In this document: positions 62,480 through 64,000 of the stretch, one piece after another
Layout of the letters: each line of letters opens with the position of its first letter
How positions within the stretch are numbered: position 1 is the first letter of the stretch
Source of the DNA: Epithemia pelagica
Lineage: Eukaryota > Protista > Bacillariophyta
Reading direction: 5' to 3'
NCBI GenBank assembly: GCA_946965045.2
Contig: OX337228.1
Coordinates: 1,736,001 to 1,800,000, forward strand
DNA length: 64,000 nt
The notes under the pieces: model-generated
What the model saw: only the letters and a program-made list of their open reading frames with translations
Database searches by the model: none
Told to the model about the DNA's origin: nothing
Program-made: the position numbers and the translations under genes

Positions 62480-64000
62480 ATGGTTCCCGCCCTTACTTTA
62501 CCACCAGCCAAATCCACGACCACCGGTTCCACTACAACGACGACAATAACAGCAACAAACGGCACAAGCAGCAAAAGTGGCATGAAGCGCGATGCCGGTG
62601 AATCCATTTCAGGATTGTCCCCCGTCTTGGGTCCCAAGAAAACCAAGACGGATCATTTGGGTGGGTGAAATGTCCTAGTGTCTTGCAAAATGTGTTTTTT
62701 GGTTGTCTCACACGTGTCTCATCATTTGCTGTTCCATGTCGGGTGCGCTTCTCTGTGATGGGTCATTTTGACGGCCAAACAACGGTCGATTGATTCATCT
62801 TACTTAATTGCTTACGAACTTGCTTCATTTCGATGGAGGTAGAAGAGGACGGTATCCCCGTTCCTGAAATTAGCAGGTTGGTTCATGTTCGTTTGGTTAT
62901 GGTGATGTCTTGTTGTTTTACTGATTGATGCATCTGTGGTCTCACGTTGGTTGTTTGGCGTTTTCCTCTGTTTGCTGATCATGTGTGTCTCTCAGTGGAA
63001 ACAATCACATTGCCTTGACTTCACATCCGGATGCGTTTGGTGTCGATCCTGTGCCGATTTCCTGGGGCCATCCCGATCCCAAAATTCGTGGCCCCGTCAT
63101 TTGTACGGTCCGTCATTCCGCGCAACGCAATGCCATTGGGGCCCATTCCGGATCGTATTGTGTCTATACGGGGCTGGCGGTGGCGGCCAACAAGCTCGAT
63201 CCCGACTATGTACCCAATTTACGATTGACGAGCCCCGTATTTCCCATTGGTCCGCATCCGTCCTGGTCCGATCCTCGCAAAATTGGGACGTTGGATCCCT
63301 TTGGACATTTAACGACCGAATGCTATGGAGAGTGGCTGGAAAAGGGGTGGGATATCCGTCCCACCATTGCCGTGACCAAGGCACACATTGATTTACCAGA
63401 GTGTCGAGAGGCGGTCCAAAAGGGACGCATGGTACCAGATGGCAAAATATTAATGCCGTCGGGACAATCCATTGTCTGTAAGGCGGCCATTGAACCGGTC
63501 TGGTACTTGCCAGAAGTGGCCCGTCGCTTTCAAACCACTGAAACCAATTTGCGCTTTTCCATTTTTCGTATGACCAATGGCATGTATCCGGAACTCATTA
63601 CTCGACCGGATATCAAGGTCTTTCTGCCTCCGATTGGTGGTTTGACCATTTATATTTGGGGCGATCCCGATACCATCCCCGACGAAGACATTGAATTGAC
63701 CTGTCGTGTCCACGACGAGTGCAATGGAAGTGATGTGTTTGGGAGTGATATTTGTACCTGTCGACCCTACTTGACGCATGCCATTGAAGAATGCATTGCC
63801 ACGGCGCAACGGGGTGGTTGTGGCATTGTCATTTACTTTCGCAAGGAGGGACGGAGTTTGGGGGAAGTGACCAAGTATCTCGTGTACAATACTCGCAAAC
63901 GACAAAAGGGTGGCGATTCGGCCGATCGGTACTTTTCCTGTACCGAACAAGTCGCGGGGGTTCAAGATACACGATTCCAGGCCCTCATGCCGGATCCCTT
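62480..64000 (+). CDS. URC1/urg1-type GTP cyclohydrolase II-like protein (3' partial, spliced)
   Basis: The main exon starts at 62996 and reads ALTSHP..ISWG..RGPVI..RNAIGAHSGSY..DIRPTIAVTKAH..EPVWYLPEVARRF..FLPPIGG..RVHDECNGSDVFGSDICTCRPYL..YFRKEGRSLGEVTKYLVYN. The 5' exon structure (62480-62660, 62843-62876) is tentative. Confidence 0.88.

Noticed and set aside
28-63965. Several hundred short or antisense ORFs in the supplied track (e.g. 34722-36161, 40568-41644, 51684-52622, 47351-48316)
   Set aside because: They overlap well-supported genes on the opposite strand or in another frame and translate to V/L/C-rich shadow sequence with no motifs.
1-64000. tRNA, rRNA, riboswitch, LTR/TIR or telomeric arrays
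   Set aside because: None recognised by eye; tRNAscan-SE, Infernal/Rfam and RepeatModeler runs would be needed to exclude them formally.

Overview
Gene-dense eukaryotic nuclear DNA with about 27 protein-coding genes. It is most likely from a raphid pennate diatom; this is inferred from the short GT-AG introns, bipartite plastid-targeting presequences, DUF6824 and other diatom-type families, and many CAA/ACA low-complexity runs. No rRNA, tRNA, CRISPR array or intact transposase was recognised. Conventional genes: GGTase-I beta, a TrmA/RlmD-type m5U methyltransferase, RAD1, a TRF4/PAPD5-type poly(A) polymerase, a PPR protein, an ABC1/ADCK1 kinase, a CCDC137-like protein, COG5, CYP37-type cyclophilin, ATIC/purH, a ureide permease, a mitochondrial carrier, three tandem SWEET transporters and a URC1/urg1-type GTP-cyclohydrolase-like gene that runs off the right end. 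The most unusual observations are: (1) one ORF of about 1170 aa fusing a PBDC1/Chp1 (eEF1A-chaperone) domain, an intact PhyH-type Fe/2OG dioxygenase and an alpha/beta hydrolase, with a UBR-box + 2OG-oxygenase fusion 1.5 kb away; (2) a MUS81-like nuclease that appears to carry its own EME1-like inactive ERCC4 domain plus duplicated SIM-like motifs; (3) a methyltransferase split by one in-frame TAA followed by CAAGTA, head-to-head with a frameshifted MsrB; (4) SWEET paralogues that differ at conserved substrate-site residues. All family calls come from motif recognition by eye; no database search was run.
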